This document shows, piece after piece, positions 9,030-17,659 of a DNA stretch of 64,000 bases. The position numbers and the translations under genes were made by a program. The stretch comes from an uncultured Gammaproteobacteria bacterium. GTDB taxonomy: Bacteria; Patescibacteriota; Patescibacteriia; UBA9934; CAMTUG01. The notes beneath the pieces were generated by a model. The model searched no databases and was not told the origin of the DNA. It was given only the letters and a program-made list of their open reading frames with translations. Position 1 is the first letter of the stretch, and every line of letters begins with the position of its first letter. The stretch lies in the NCBI GenBank assembly GCA_964588955.1, contig CAZPQJ010000006.1:3580-67579 (forward strand). The letters run 5' to 3'.

Positions 9030-10127
9030 CTATAAATTCACTTTTGTTGAACTAACACCCATGTTTCTTAAAATGGCCATCAGAACATTGACCACGATAC
9101 TATTACCAGCTTGTTTATACATTTGCGTGTCGCTGACGACAATTTTAAAACTATCATCAAAGCCCATCAATCTCAAGCACTCTCGCGGTGACAGCTTTCG
9201 TATCCCCCCGCTGCGAGTAATATAGTTATCTACTCCAGCCCGATGCATTTTAGCCATTGTCGCCAGCAGCGGCCGAGCGATGGCTAGATCTGTTTCCGGT
9301 TTACTGTAAAACTTTTTTGTTCCGCTCGCCAAAACATACTTTGTTACTTTATCTGAAAGGAAATACTTATCATCAACTTTTCCTGCGGGTTGAAAAACAA
9401 AATCACCATGCCAATTAAATTGTTGATTTGCTTTTTGACAAAGTGCGACTCTCCCGTTTATTTGCGTATACTTCTTATCAAGATTTTTTTGACTCGTTAC
9501 AAACTTAATGCCTTTTTCAGGTAAAAAATACTTTTGGTCATACGCATCATCGAGCAAGTCGTGCATGGTTATTTTTAACTCAACAGGGTCGGGAAACTTG
9601 AAGTCTTTATTCTTCCGAAAGCCTACCACAAAGAGTCTCTCCCGATTCTGTGGAATTCCATAATCTTTTGCATTCAGAACCTGGGGAAAGTAGGTGTACC
9701 CAAGTTCATCAAATGTATTTTGAATAACTTCCCACGTTTTTCCGCTATCATGACTTAGTAAACCTTTAACATTCTCAAAAATAAATGCTTTCGGTTTTAT
9801 TTCGTCTATCAGACGAGCAAATTCATAAAATAAGGTACCTCGCGCATCCTTAAATCCTCGCCGTTTCCCGACCATTGAAAATGACTGACAGGGTGAACCA
9901 CCCACAAAAAGATCGACTTTCCCAGTAAACTTTTTTCCATCTATCTCCTGAACAAGATCAAACCAACGGGAGTTATCAACATGGTAGTTAGCAAAAAAAC
10001 TCTTTTTTACGTGCGGATCATTATCACAAGCAAAAACGAGCTCATGCTTTACACGCATGCGCTTTAAGGCATGTTCAATTGCACCTATTCCGCTAAATGC
10101 TGTAGCTAGTCTCAACATAGTGATCAT
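9030..10127 (-). CDS. DNA (cytosine-5)-methyltransferase
   Basis: Motif I is AFSGIGA. Motif IV is the PC motif GGSPCQSFS. Motif VI is ENV (FIFENVKGL). QNRERLFVVG and the target-recognition region follow. Confidence 0.85.
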   Translation of the reverse strand: MITMLRLATAFSGIGAIEHALKRMRVKHELVFACDNDPHVKKSFFANYHVDNSRWFDLVQEIDGKKFTGKVDLFVGGSPCQSFSMVGKRRGFKDARGTLFYEFARLIDEIKPKAFIFENVKGLLSHDSGKTWEVIQNTFDELGYTYFPQVLNAKDYGIPQNRERLFVVGFRKNKDFKFPDPVELKITMHDLLDDAYDQKYFLPEKGIKFVTSQKNLDKKYTQINGRVALCQKANQQFNWHGDFVFQPAGKVDDKYFLSDKVTKYVLASGTKKFYSKPETDLAIARPLLATMAKMHRAGVDNYITRSGGIRKLSPRECLRLMGFDDSFKIVVSDTQMYKQAGNSIVVNVLMAILRNMGVSSTKVNL

Positions 10128-10190
10128 TAAGACTCTGATCTTAACAGTTTTAGGGATCTCTTACCAGACCCTCTGTTTTTTATAGAGCAC

Positions 10191-10267
10191 TGGTGGATCC
10201 GACGAGATTCGAACTCACAACTTCGGGTGGTAATCTTGATGAGGTTGCCATTTACCTCCACGGACCT
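10191..10267 (-). pseudogene. degenerate tRNA-like sequence (tRNA-Val(TAC)-like), probable tRNA remnant or attachment-site scar
   Basis: The minus-strand sense is AGGTCCG-TG-GAGG-TAAATGGCAA-CCTC-A-TCAAG-ATTACCA-CCCGA-AGTT-GTGAG-TTCGAAT-CTCGT-CGGATCC-A-CCA. The T-arm, acceptor 3' strand, CCA and D-arm are perfect. Against this, the 1-72 pair is an A.C mismatch, the anticodon stem has two A.C mismatches, and position 37 is a pyrimidine. Confidence 0.35.
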
Positions 10268-10443
10268 GCTTCCTGTTTGAGTAAAACGAAAACAACGCCA
10301 GCACATTTCTGCACTGGCATTGTTTCAGCCACCTGAATTGTATTCGCGGAGCGAACCTCATCAAGGATGAATTTAGTAAATCACATTTAACTGACTTTGT
10401 CAATCGTCTTGTTGTGTATAAGCAGCCTTCTTGCTAGCATATC

Positions 10444-11001
10444 ATGCATATGATTCAATCCGTCACCGTTTTCTGTGCCTCTTCTCCCGCCGGTCCGCGC
10501 AAGGAAGAATACTTGGCACTGGCCGAACGCTTTGGTGCCTTGCTTGGCGAACATGGATTCACCTGTGTCAACGGAGGGAATCACGGCATGATGACGTCTG
10601 TCTCGCGTGGCGCGCATCAGGCGGGTGGAAAAGTGCACTGTATTCTTTTGAACGCTGAGCGATTTCCTTTGGAACATAACTTTCATCATCTTTTGGAAGA
10701 CTTTATTGAGTTGGTTCCACGCCAAGTGCGTTTGCTCGAGCTTGGCGATGCCTATGTGGCTTTGCCGGGAGGCGTCGGAACGTTGTATGAGGTGATGCAG
10801 GTGTTGGCCATGAAATCCTTAGACGAAATTGATCCGCAGAAGCTGTTGATTTGTGTCGGAGACACCTGGCGGCATTTTCAACAGCATCTACAGTCGATTG
10901 TCGAAAGTGGGCTGGTGTATCGTAATCCGCTCACGCATATCCACTTTGTCGACACGCCAGAAGAGGCGTTACAATTATTAGTTGCTCATCGTTCTTTGTA
11001 A
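10444..11001 (+). CDS. LOG-family protein (cytokinin riboside 5'-monophosphate phosphoribohydrolase-like)
   Basis: It has a Rossmann GxGxxG-like N-terminus and the LOG signature PGGVGTLYEV (PGGxGTxxE). Confidence 0.7.
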   Translation: MHMIQSVTVFCASSPAGPRKEEYLALAERFGALLGEHGFTCVNGGNHGMMTSVSRGAHQAGGKVHCILLNAERFPLEHNFHHLLEDFIELVPRQVRLLELGDAYVALPGGVGTLYEVMQVLAMKSLDEIDPQKLLICVGDTWRHFQQHLQSIVESGLVYRNPLTHIHFVDTPEEALQLLVAHRSL

Positions 11002-11069
11002 CCTGCTCTTGTTTTTCGGGGTAGAGAGAGCTAAGCTTTCCGTATCATTTTATTCTTGATCTGTCGTTT

Positions 11070-12032
11070 ATGCTTCGACGTTCACTGCTCGCTTTTGTTC
11101 TTCTCGCGCTTGTTGGTGCTGGCTGCACTTCTTCGCCAGTCTCTCCAAATACCGCAGGAGTGACCCCTCCCTCCAATGTGGCCACAAATACTGTTGTCCC
11201 GTCGACATTGGTTCCAACGAACACGGCTCCAACGACTCCAACGTCTTCTGCCTGCGCCACGCCCGTTTCTCCAAAAAATTTGAAAACCGGCGATGTGCTG
11301 GCGCTTGCCAAAGCGCAGCGCGCGTCGTCGTTTAGTGTCATTGATCAAGCGAACGCCTCGGTTATTTCTTTGGACGGAGGAAAATCTTATGCCGTATGGT
11401 GGGCGCCGCAAGGGTTTGACCCAAAGACAGGCCTCGTGTTAGTGGATTTGCATGGCCATGGAGAATTTGCTGCCAAAGCCTTTGAGGTATGGTATCCGGA
11501 ATTGAAGAAGAGAAACAACATGGCAATTCTGGCCGTCGAGTGGTGGTTTGGACGTTCACTTGAAAGCAATGGATATTATGAGCCGGAGATGATCGCCAAG
11601 GTTATGGAGGAAGGGTTGACCGCAGAGGGGGTCACTTCGCCGAATATTATTTTGCAAGGATTTAGCATGGGTTCCGCCCGGTCGTACGGCGTGACTGCTT
11701 GGGAACATGTTTGCGGCGCCGATCGCATTGCTGCCGTGATTTCCAACTCAGGTGAATGGCAAGACTCCTATCCGATCAATCAGGATATGATGAACGGGGT
11801 TTATGGAGAAAAGCCGTTAGCTTCCATTCCGTGGGTGTTGTTCTGTGGAGAGCAGGATTCAGAGCGCGAAGGAATTTGTGACAGTATGCGCACGCTCACA
11901 CAACCGCGTCTAGAGTCGTTGGGTGCCAATGTCTTGCAGCTCGTGACAGATCTGACAGGGAATCATGGTAGCTTTAATACCAATGCGTCCAATGCGGAAA
12001 AAGTTCTAGATATGGTTGTCGCGGCTTTGTAA
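11070..12032 (+). CDS. lipoprotein, alpha/beta-hydrolase fold esterase
   Basis: There is a signal peptide plus a lipobox (LVGAGC), then a Thr/Pro-rich linker. The nucleophile elbow is GFSMGS (GxSxG), and a DLHGHGE stretch lies upstream of it. Confidence 0.55.
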   Translation: MLRRSLLAFVLLALVGAGCTSSPVSPNTAGVTPPSNVATNTVVPSTLVPTNTAPTTPTSSACATPVSPKNLKTGDVLALAKAQRASSFSVIDQANASVISLDGGKSYAVWWAPQGFDPKTGLVLVDLHGHGEFAAKAFEVWYPELKKRNNMAILAVEWWFGRSLESNGYYEPEMIAKVMEEGLTAEGVTSPNIILQGFSMGSARSYGVTAWEHVCGADRIAAVISNSGEWQDSYPINQDMMNGVYGEKPLASIPWVLFCGEQDSEREGICDSMRTLTQPRLESLGANVLQLVTDLTGNHGSFNTNASNAEKVLDMVVAAL

Positions 12033-12045
12033 GATCTTTTCAGAA

Positions 12046-12076
12046 GAAAAAACTCCTCATTGCGGGGAGTTTTTTC
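12046..12076. terminator. bidirectional rho-independent terminator between convergent genes
   Basis: aaaaaactcctcattgcggggagttttttcg is a GC stem flanked by A-run and T-run. Confidence 0.55.
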
Positions 12077-12084
12077 GTTTCTGT

Positions 12085-14241
12085 TTATTTGATGTCAAAT
12101 TGGTAGACCGTATTGCCGGAGAGGACAGAGATTTTTTTGTTGGCTTCGTCAACGATCATCGATTTCAGGTCTGTGAACTGGTCGCTCATGTATTGGGTGA
12201 TCAGCGTTCCTTTTTCTTTGTCGAAGACGACGATGCGTTTTTCATTGGCGTCGAGAACGTAAAGACGGGTGGAGGTTTCGTTGGTCCAAAGATCTTTCGC
12301 GTTTAACAAGCTTGGTTCCACAATACCGGATTTCCACTCCGTTTCTTTGCCAGCCAAATAGCGTAAAATCGAACCGTCCGATTTTAAGATCCACACAAAG
12401 CCGTCAATCGTCATGGCTACGCCGTCGGAAACGGAAGAGACGCCGGAAATAATCCATCCGCTGCCGCCGTCAAAGCCGCTGGCCGTGCGTTGATGCTTAT
12501 AGATCTGCCCAGTTTCGGGGGAGAGGATGTACATTTTGGCACCGTAGTAGGCGAGGTCGATTCCTTTGCGGGCAGTAGAGAGGGGGGTGATTTCACCCGT
12601 GTCTGGCAAATAACGCACTAACCCTGTTTGATCGAGCCAATACATTGCCGTGTCGCTTACCGTAGTGGCGTTTGGCGCGCCAACGTCGCCCTTTTGGGTG
12701 TCGAGTTTGAGGAGGGATTGCGCGCCAGGATCAATAGCGTAGACGTCGCTCGTAGAAGTGACTCCGTACCACTTGCCGTTAAAGGACACCACGGTGGCGA
12801 GAGTTGTATCAGTCAATCCGGACGCGTCGGCAACCACGGTTGGTGTTACGGTAACCACATGACGCAGTTCGTTGCGCTTTTCGGTAATTTGTTGTTTGAG
12901 TTCATCGCGTTTCGTTTTGCGGGCGGAGGTGGTGTCGGAAAGCGTGTCGGCTAATTGCCAGGCTTCGTTCAAGAGCCCGCGCGCTTGTTCTTCGTCTCCA
13001 TAAATGAGGCTGGCAGAGGCGGTGTCAATTTTACTTTCCACGGCTTTGACCGACCCTTCGTAGGCCTGTTGTTCCGTCGCGTGCGCTTGCTGCCGATTTA
13101 TAAGTATAATTCCGCCTAAAAATACGGATCCCACTACGAGCAGGCCTAGTAGGGCGTACTTGCTGGTGCGGGGCAAGGCATTGAAGCGTTCGATGCTTGC
13201 ACGGATACTGCGATCCATCCGGGTTTGCAAATGTTTAATTCCTTCGGTGGCGCGTTTGGGATTTTTGACTGCGTAGACTGCCCCACGCGCGAGAGTGTGA
13301 AAGAATCCTAGAAGGATTTTCCCCGCGGTGACGATAACGACCATGATAAATCGCCAAAGAAAGCGTGCCATTTGTTTCAGCATTTTACGCCGGTCAGCAG
13401 AACCGCGCTTAGGAAACAGCATGAGCCAGAGTTTCATGGCAATGCTTTTGACCTCGGGCTTTTGATCGCTTAGCAAGCGGTCGGTGGTAGCACCAACGCG
13501 GTCAAGTTTTTTTATGGAAGCGTCGGCCGTGCGTTCGCTAACGAGTTTTGGTGTGTCCAGACTGTCGCATTTCACAACAACGGCTGCGAAGACTGTTTCG
13601 ATAGGTAAATATTGTCGCAATCGGCTGACGGAGCTTTGCGGTGGCAACGTCGTGATCACTTCGTTCAGCGTTGCTGCCGGTAAATCGTGACGGCTCATGC
13701 GCGTGCCTACGTAGAGCACGTCGCCGCGTTTTAGCTCACCGTCGAGCACGGTTAAATACGGTTTTTTCCAGCTTGGCGCTTCTTCTTCCACGCGCATGCC
13801 ACGGGTGAGATCATAAATATCGAATTGCTCTTTTTGGCTTTTATGCATGAACTGGGAGAGCAGGTTGCCAAATCCACTTAGCACTACCGAACCATTGCTC
13901 GCCACGCCAATGACACTCCCTGCATCGGCGATGGGGATGGCAAAATTACCTTCCTCACAAGCACGAGCGATGTCTTCATTTAACGCTTGCAGGAGTTGTT
14001 CGAAACGGTGGGTCAGATTGGTACCTGGCTCAATGGTGCTCGCCAAGCGTTCTAAGTGATTCTGCAGGATACCGGTGAACAGCTCGAACGCTTCTTTGGT
14101 GCCGAGCGCGTGGCTGACACCAAAAACAAAGCCGTTTTGCCCTTCCAACGGCAAAAGAACGGCGTGGGCGTGTTCCGACCCGCTTGAACCTTCTTCGCAG
14201 TATTGCGCCCCCTTCAAGATCTCCTGTTGTGAATCAGCCAT
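12085..14241 (-). CDS. multidomain membrane protein with a cytoplasmic N-domain, TM helices and a C-terminal beta-propeller-like domain
   Basis: At 718 aa it has normal composition. There are two hydrophobic helices (FIMVVIVTAGKILLGFF, YALLGLLVVGSVFLGGIIL). The C-terminal ~280 aa have periodic Y/W-rich strands (YAID, YWLD, YIL, VWIL, YVLD). No named family could be assigned. Confidence 0.5.
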   Translation of the reverse strand: MADSQQEILKGAQYCEEGSSGSEHAHAVLLPLEGQNGFVFGVSHALGTKEAFELFTGILQNHLERLASTIEPGTNLTHRFEQLLQALNEDIARACEEGNFAIPIADAGSVIGVASNGSVVLSGFGNLLSQFMHKSQKEQFDIYDLTRGMRVEEEAPSWKKPYLTVLDGELKRGDVLYVGTRMSRHDLPAATLNEVITTLPPQSSVSRLRQYLPIETVFAAVVVKCDSLDTPKLVSERTADASIKKLDRVGATTDRLLSDQKPEVKSIAMKLWLMLFPKRGSADRRKMLKQMARFLWRFIMVVIVTAGKILLGFFHTLARGAVYAVKNPKRATEGIKHLQTRMDRSIRASIERFNALPRTSKYALLGLLVVGSVFLGGIILINRQQAHATEQQAYEGSVKAVESKIDTASASLIYGDEEQARGLLNEAWQLADTLSDTTSARKTKRDELKQQITEKRNELRHVVTVTPTVVADASGLTDTTLATVVSFNGKWYGVTSTSDVYAIDPGAQSLLKLDTQKGDVGAPNATTVSDTAMYWLDQTGLVRYLPDTGEITPLSTARKGIDLAYYGAKMYILSPETGQIYKHQRTASGFDGGSGWIISGVSSVSDGVAMTIDGFVWILKSDGSILRYLAGKETEWKSGIVEPSLLNAKDLWTNETSTRLYVLDANEKRIVVFDKEKGTLITQYMSDQFTDLKSMIVDEANKKISVLSGNTVYQFDIK

Positions 14242-14336
14242 ATGATGAGTTGACCAGACGCCTAAGAGTTTAGTACATTATACAGCACGGAGGACACCAG
14301 GCAATACACAAGCTGAATACATTTTTTATTCGCCCT

Positions 14337-14969
14337 ATGGCCAAGGAATCCTCAGCAAAGGGAGAGAAGGGAACAAGCTTTAAAATCGAGCGTATTTTTG
14401 GTTCCCAAACCCGAGCACGGCTGCTCCACCTTTTTTTGCATAACCCCAATGAGCAATTCTTTGTCCGTGAGATCGCCAGAAAGATCGATGCACAATTGAA
14501 TTCTGTTCGAAGAGAATTGGATAATTTGGTCGATTTCGGCATTTTGAAAGAAATGGTTAACCCCGACGATAAGGACAAGAAAAAGTTTTATACGGCGGAT
14601 CAAGAATTTGTGCTGTTTTCTGATCTGCGATCGCTGATGAAAAAAGTTCAGCTGATGATGAAACAAAATCTTGTTCATGAAATCGACGAAAACGGTAAGA
14701 TTGAATTATTGATTCTGACCGGTCAATTTGTGGATAACACCTCCATCCCGGTAGATATGTTGGTAGTTGGGCAAATGGAAGAGGAGACGTTGCAGAAGGT
14801 GTTAGTGGAATTTGAAAAAGAAGTTGGTCACGAGGTAAACTATACCGTAATGCCAAAGGAGGAGTACGTGTACCGCAAACAAGTTTCCGATCGGTTCCTT
14901 TATAGCATTTTAAATGCCGAGCACGTAACCATGATCGACCGTTTTTCGGGGAAGACCCCCGCACGTTAA
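14337..14969 (+). CDS. winged-helix DNA-binding domain protein, putative regulator
   Basis: The N-terminal RARLLHLFLHNPNEQFFVREIARKIDAQLNSVRRELDNLVDFGILKE is a wHTH pattern. The C-terminal domain is unknown. Confidence 0.45.
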   Translation: MAKESSAKGEKGTSFKIERIFGSQTRARLLHLFLHNPNEQFFVREIARKIDAQLNSVRRELDNLVDFGILKEMVNPDDKDKKKFYTADQEFVLFSDLRSLMKKVQLMMKQNLVHEIDENGKIELLILTGQFVDNTSIPVDMLVVGQMEEETLQKVLVEFEKEVGHEVNYTVMPKEEYVYRKQVSDRFLYSILNAEHVTMIDRFSGKTPAR

Positions 14970-14976
14970 AGGTGGT

Positions 14977-15366
14977 ATGAAATTGCTCCTACGAGCGCAA
15001 GATATTACTTGGACAACCATCGGTTTTGATGACGGTCATGGAGAGCCCGTTTTTTTTCGTTTGGACACGCGGCCGGAAACAATTTTGAACACTGTGGTTA
15101 AATCGCTTGCAGATCGTGCCATTCCTTGGGATCATATAGAGAGTATCGCCGCGGTAGATGGTCCAGGGTCTTTTACGGCTTTGCGTTCTGCCATGACGAT
15201 CGTTGATGCAATCGCTTTCGCGCGAGGTATTCCTCTTGCGAAAGCCCACGCCCAACCGGACGAAGGAGACGCGCTCGTTATGCGGCGCCTCTCGAAGGCT
15301 CGACTTCGTCGTGGATGGATTGTGCCGCATTACGGACGCGCGCCGCACATTACGCGTCCACGTTAA
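14977..15366 (+). CDS. tsaB: TsaB/YeaZ-like protein (short form)
   Basis: IAAVDGPGSFTALRSAMTIVDAIAFARGIPL matches the TsaB GPGSFTGLR region. At 129 aa it is shorter than typical TsaB. Confidence 0.45.
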   Translation: MKLLLRAQDITWTTIGFDDGHGEPVFFRLDTRPETILNTVVKSLADRAIPWDHIESIAAVDGPGSFTALRSAMTIVDAIAFARGIPLAKAHAQPDEGDALVMRRLSKARLRRGWIVPHYGRAPHITRPR

Positions 15367-15405
15367 AACTCACTTATTCGTCCGTTAATTCGTTAAACAT
15401 TTTTT

Positions 15406-16086
15406 ATGCCCGACGCTCTTACGATCGTCCAAACCGCTTTTGCGGATCTTTGGAGTTCCGTCCTCGGTTTCCTGCCACGTTTCCTTGGTGCGTTGATCAT
15501 CTTTTTGATCGGTGCGATCGTTGCCTCGTTGTTGAAGAAGTTAGTGATGCGTGTCGCTGATCTTCTGAAACTCGACATGTTGACCGAAAAGTTGGAAGTG
15601 AAACAAATGTTCCAAAAGGCCGGCATTCGTTTGCATGTTGGCGCTTTGCTTGGTTGGATTGTGAAGTGGTTTACCGTGGTGGTGTTTTTGATTGCCGCTA
15701 CGGACATTCTTGGTTGGAACGAAGTTACCAGCTTCTTGCAAGAAGTGGTCTTCTACTTGCCAAACGTGATCATCGCGGTGATCATTTTGTTGGTCGGTAT
15801 TTTGCTTGCTAACTTTACCCGCCGGGTGGTTAAGTCTGCTGTGGAAGCTGCCAAACTTGAGGCGGGAGACTTTTTGGCCAGCATCAGCCGCTGGGCGATT
15901 CTCATCTTCAGCTTCATGGCAGCCTTGGTGCAATTGCAGATTGCCGAAGATTTGATTCGTATTTTGTTCACTGGCTTGGTAGCCATGCTCGCCATCGCTG
16001 GTGGACTGGCCTTTGGTCTTGGAGGTAAAGAACATGCCGCACAAACGTTGACGAAGTTGCGCAAAGAGATGACCTCGGGAGAATAA
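15406..16086 (+). CDS. membrane protein with TM-helix repeats (MscS N-terminal-like)
   Basis: It has four to five hydrophobic helices with amphipathic linkers. The pattern resembles the 'conserved TM helix' repeat family, and the assignment is tentative. Confidence 0.45.
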   Translation: MPDALTIVQTAFADLWSSVLGFLPRFLGALIIFLIGAIVASLLKKLVMRVADLLKLDMLTEKLEVKQMFQKAGIRLHVGALLGWIVKWFTVVVFLIAATDILGWNEVTSFLQEVVFYLPNVIIAVIILLVGILLANFTRRVVKSAVEAAKLEAGDFLASISRWAILIFSFMAALVQLQIAEDLIRILFTGLVAMLAIAGGLAFGLGGKEHAAQTLTKLRKEMTSGE

Positions 16087-16165
16087 CGCCACATCTTGAT
16101 CGGACCGTCAAAATAGACTAGGATCAGGGCCTCGTGAAAACGGGGCCCTATCGCTACCCATTCTT

Positions 16166-17644
16166 ATGAATCACCAATACGGTCAGCATCGATGGCTAGA
16201 AATCATCCCCGGAGGATTGGTTTGGTTAACCTTTGTTTTGGCAATCGTTTGTTCATTCGTGGCTCCGCAAACGGCCATGGCGTTCATTATCATTTTTGAT
16301 TTATATTGGTTGTTCCGTGTCGTGTACTTTGTTTTTTACTTGCTTTGGTCGTGGCGCCGCTACCAGCATGATGTGGCTGTGGACTGGTTTGCGGAGTTGG
16401 AAAAGATCCCCAACTGGCGACGGGTGCATCATGTGGTGTTTTTACCAACATACAAAGAAGGCTACGAGATTTTGCGGTCTTCACTCACGGCTCTTACGGC
16501 CGTTCGTTATCCAAATGACCGAATGATTGTGGTGTTGGCCGGGGAGGGAAGAGACCATGCGAATTTTCAGCGCCACATTGAACGCTTGCGTCGCGAATTT
16601 GGCTCGCGGTTTTTGCGCTTGATCGTGACGGAACACCCGGTAGGATTGCCAGAAGAAATTCCCGGCAAAGGCTCTAATTTAAACTGGTCGGCGCGTCAGG
16701 TGCAGCCATTGTTGGAAGAGATGGGGATTCCGGTCGACGATATTATTGTTTCGGCATTTGATATCGACACGGTCGCCCATCCACAATACTTTGCCAGGCT
16801 GGCACAGTTGTATTTGACCGTGCCTAATCCCACCCGTTCTTCCTATCAACCGGTCACCACGTTTGCTAACACGATTTGGAGTGCCACCGCGCCCGTGCGT
16901 GTGGCGTCTTTTGGTACCACATTTTGGATGCTCACCGAACTCTCCCGCGCCGAGCGTATGTGGACTTTTTCTTCGCACAGCATGAGTTGGCGGATGCTGA
17001 TCGATGTGGGATTTTGGGAGAAAGATATGGTTAGTGAAGACAGCCGCATTTTTTTGCAAGGGTTGTTGAAATATCATGGTGATTATCGCGTGACTCCAAT
17101 TTTTTTGCCGGTAGCCATGGACGCAGTTTCTGGACCTACCTACGCGAAAAGTTTAATCGCTTTGTACAAACAACAACGGCGCTGGGCGTGGGGAGTGGAG
17201 CACTTTCCCTATATGGTGCCGCGCATGATGGCAGACAAACAGATGCCGCGGCGCGTCAAAATCAAATACATCTTTAATCATTTGGAGGGGATGTATACCT
17301 GGGCCACCGCTCCGATCCTCATTTTCATTTTGGGTTACCTGCCGCTGTATGTGGTGGGTCAGCAGCAAAGCGTGCTCACGGCGGCTACGCCGTTCACTTT
17401 GCAGTGGATTATGCGTTTCGCCATGGTGGGAGTGTTTGCTTCTGGTTTGCTGTCGATGACCATGTTGCCAGAACGTCCCAAGCATATTGGCTGGAAATCG
17501 TGGATTGTGATGATCGCTCAGTGGGGGTTGTTGCCGTTCACCTTTATTCTTTTTGGCTCCTTGCCAGCCATTGAATCCCAGACGCGGTTGATGTTGGGGA
17601 AATACTTGGGATTTACCGTTACCAAAAAAGATCGCAAAGTGTGA
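16166..17644 (+). CDS. membrane glycosyltransferase, family 2 (cellulose-synthase-like topology)
   Basis: N- and C-terminal TM clusters flank a GT-A domain. That domain carries the DxD-like VSAFDIDTV motif and the EDSRIF motif characteristic of processive GT2 enzymes. Confidence 0.6.
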   Translation: MNHQYGQHRWLEIIPGGLVWLTFVLAIVCSFVAPQTAMAFIIIFDLYWLFRVVYFVFYLLWSWRRYQHDVAVDWFAELEKIPNWRRVHHVVFLPTYKEGYEILRSSLTALTAVRYPNDRMIVVLAGEGRDHANFQRHIERLRREFGSRFLRLIVTEHPVGLPEEIPGKGSNLNWSARQVQPLLEEMGIPVDDIIVSAFDIDTVAHPQYFARLAQLYLTVPNPTRSSYQPVTTFANTIWSATAPVRVASFGTTFWMLTELSRAERMWTFSSHSMSWRMLIDVGFWEKDMVSEDSRIFLQGLLKYHGDYRVTPIFLPVAMDAVSGPTYAKSLIALYKQQRRWAWGVEHFPYMVPRMMADKQMPRRVKIKYIFNHLEGMYTWATAPILIFILGYLPLYVVGQQQSVLTAATPFTLQWIMRFAMVGVFASGLLSMTMLPERPKHIGWKSWIVMIAQWGLLPFTFILFGSLPAIESQTRLMLGKYLGFTVTKKDRKV

Positions 17645-17659
17645 TAAACTGGTGGGTAC

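Noticed and set aside
10191-10267. Calling the tRNA-like sequence an intact functional tRNA-Val
   Set aside because: It has an A.C mismatch at 1-72, two mismatches in a 5-bp anticodon stem and a pyrimidine at position 37. It is reported as degenerate or pseudo.
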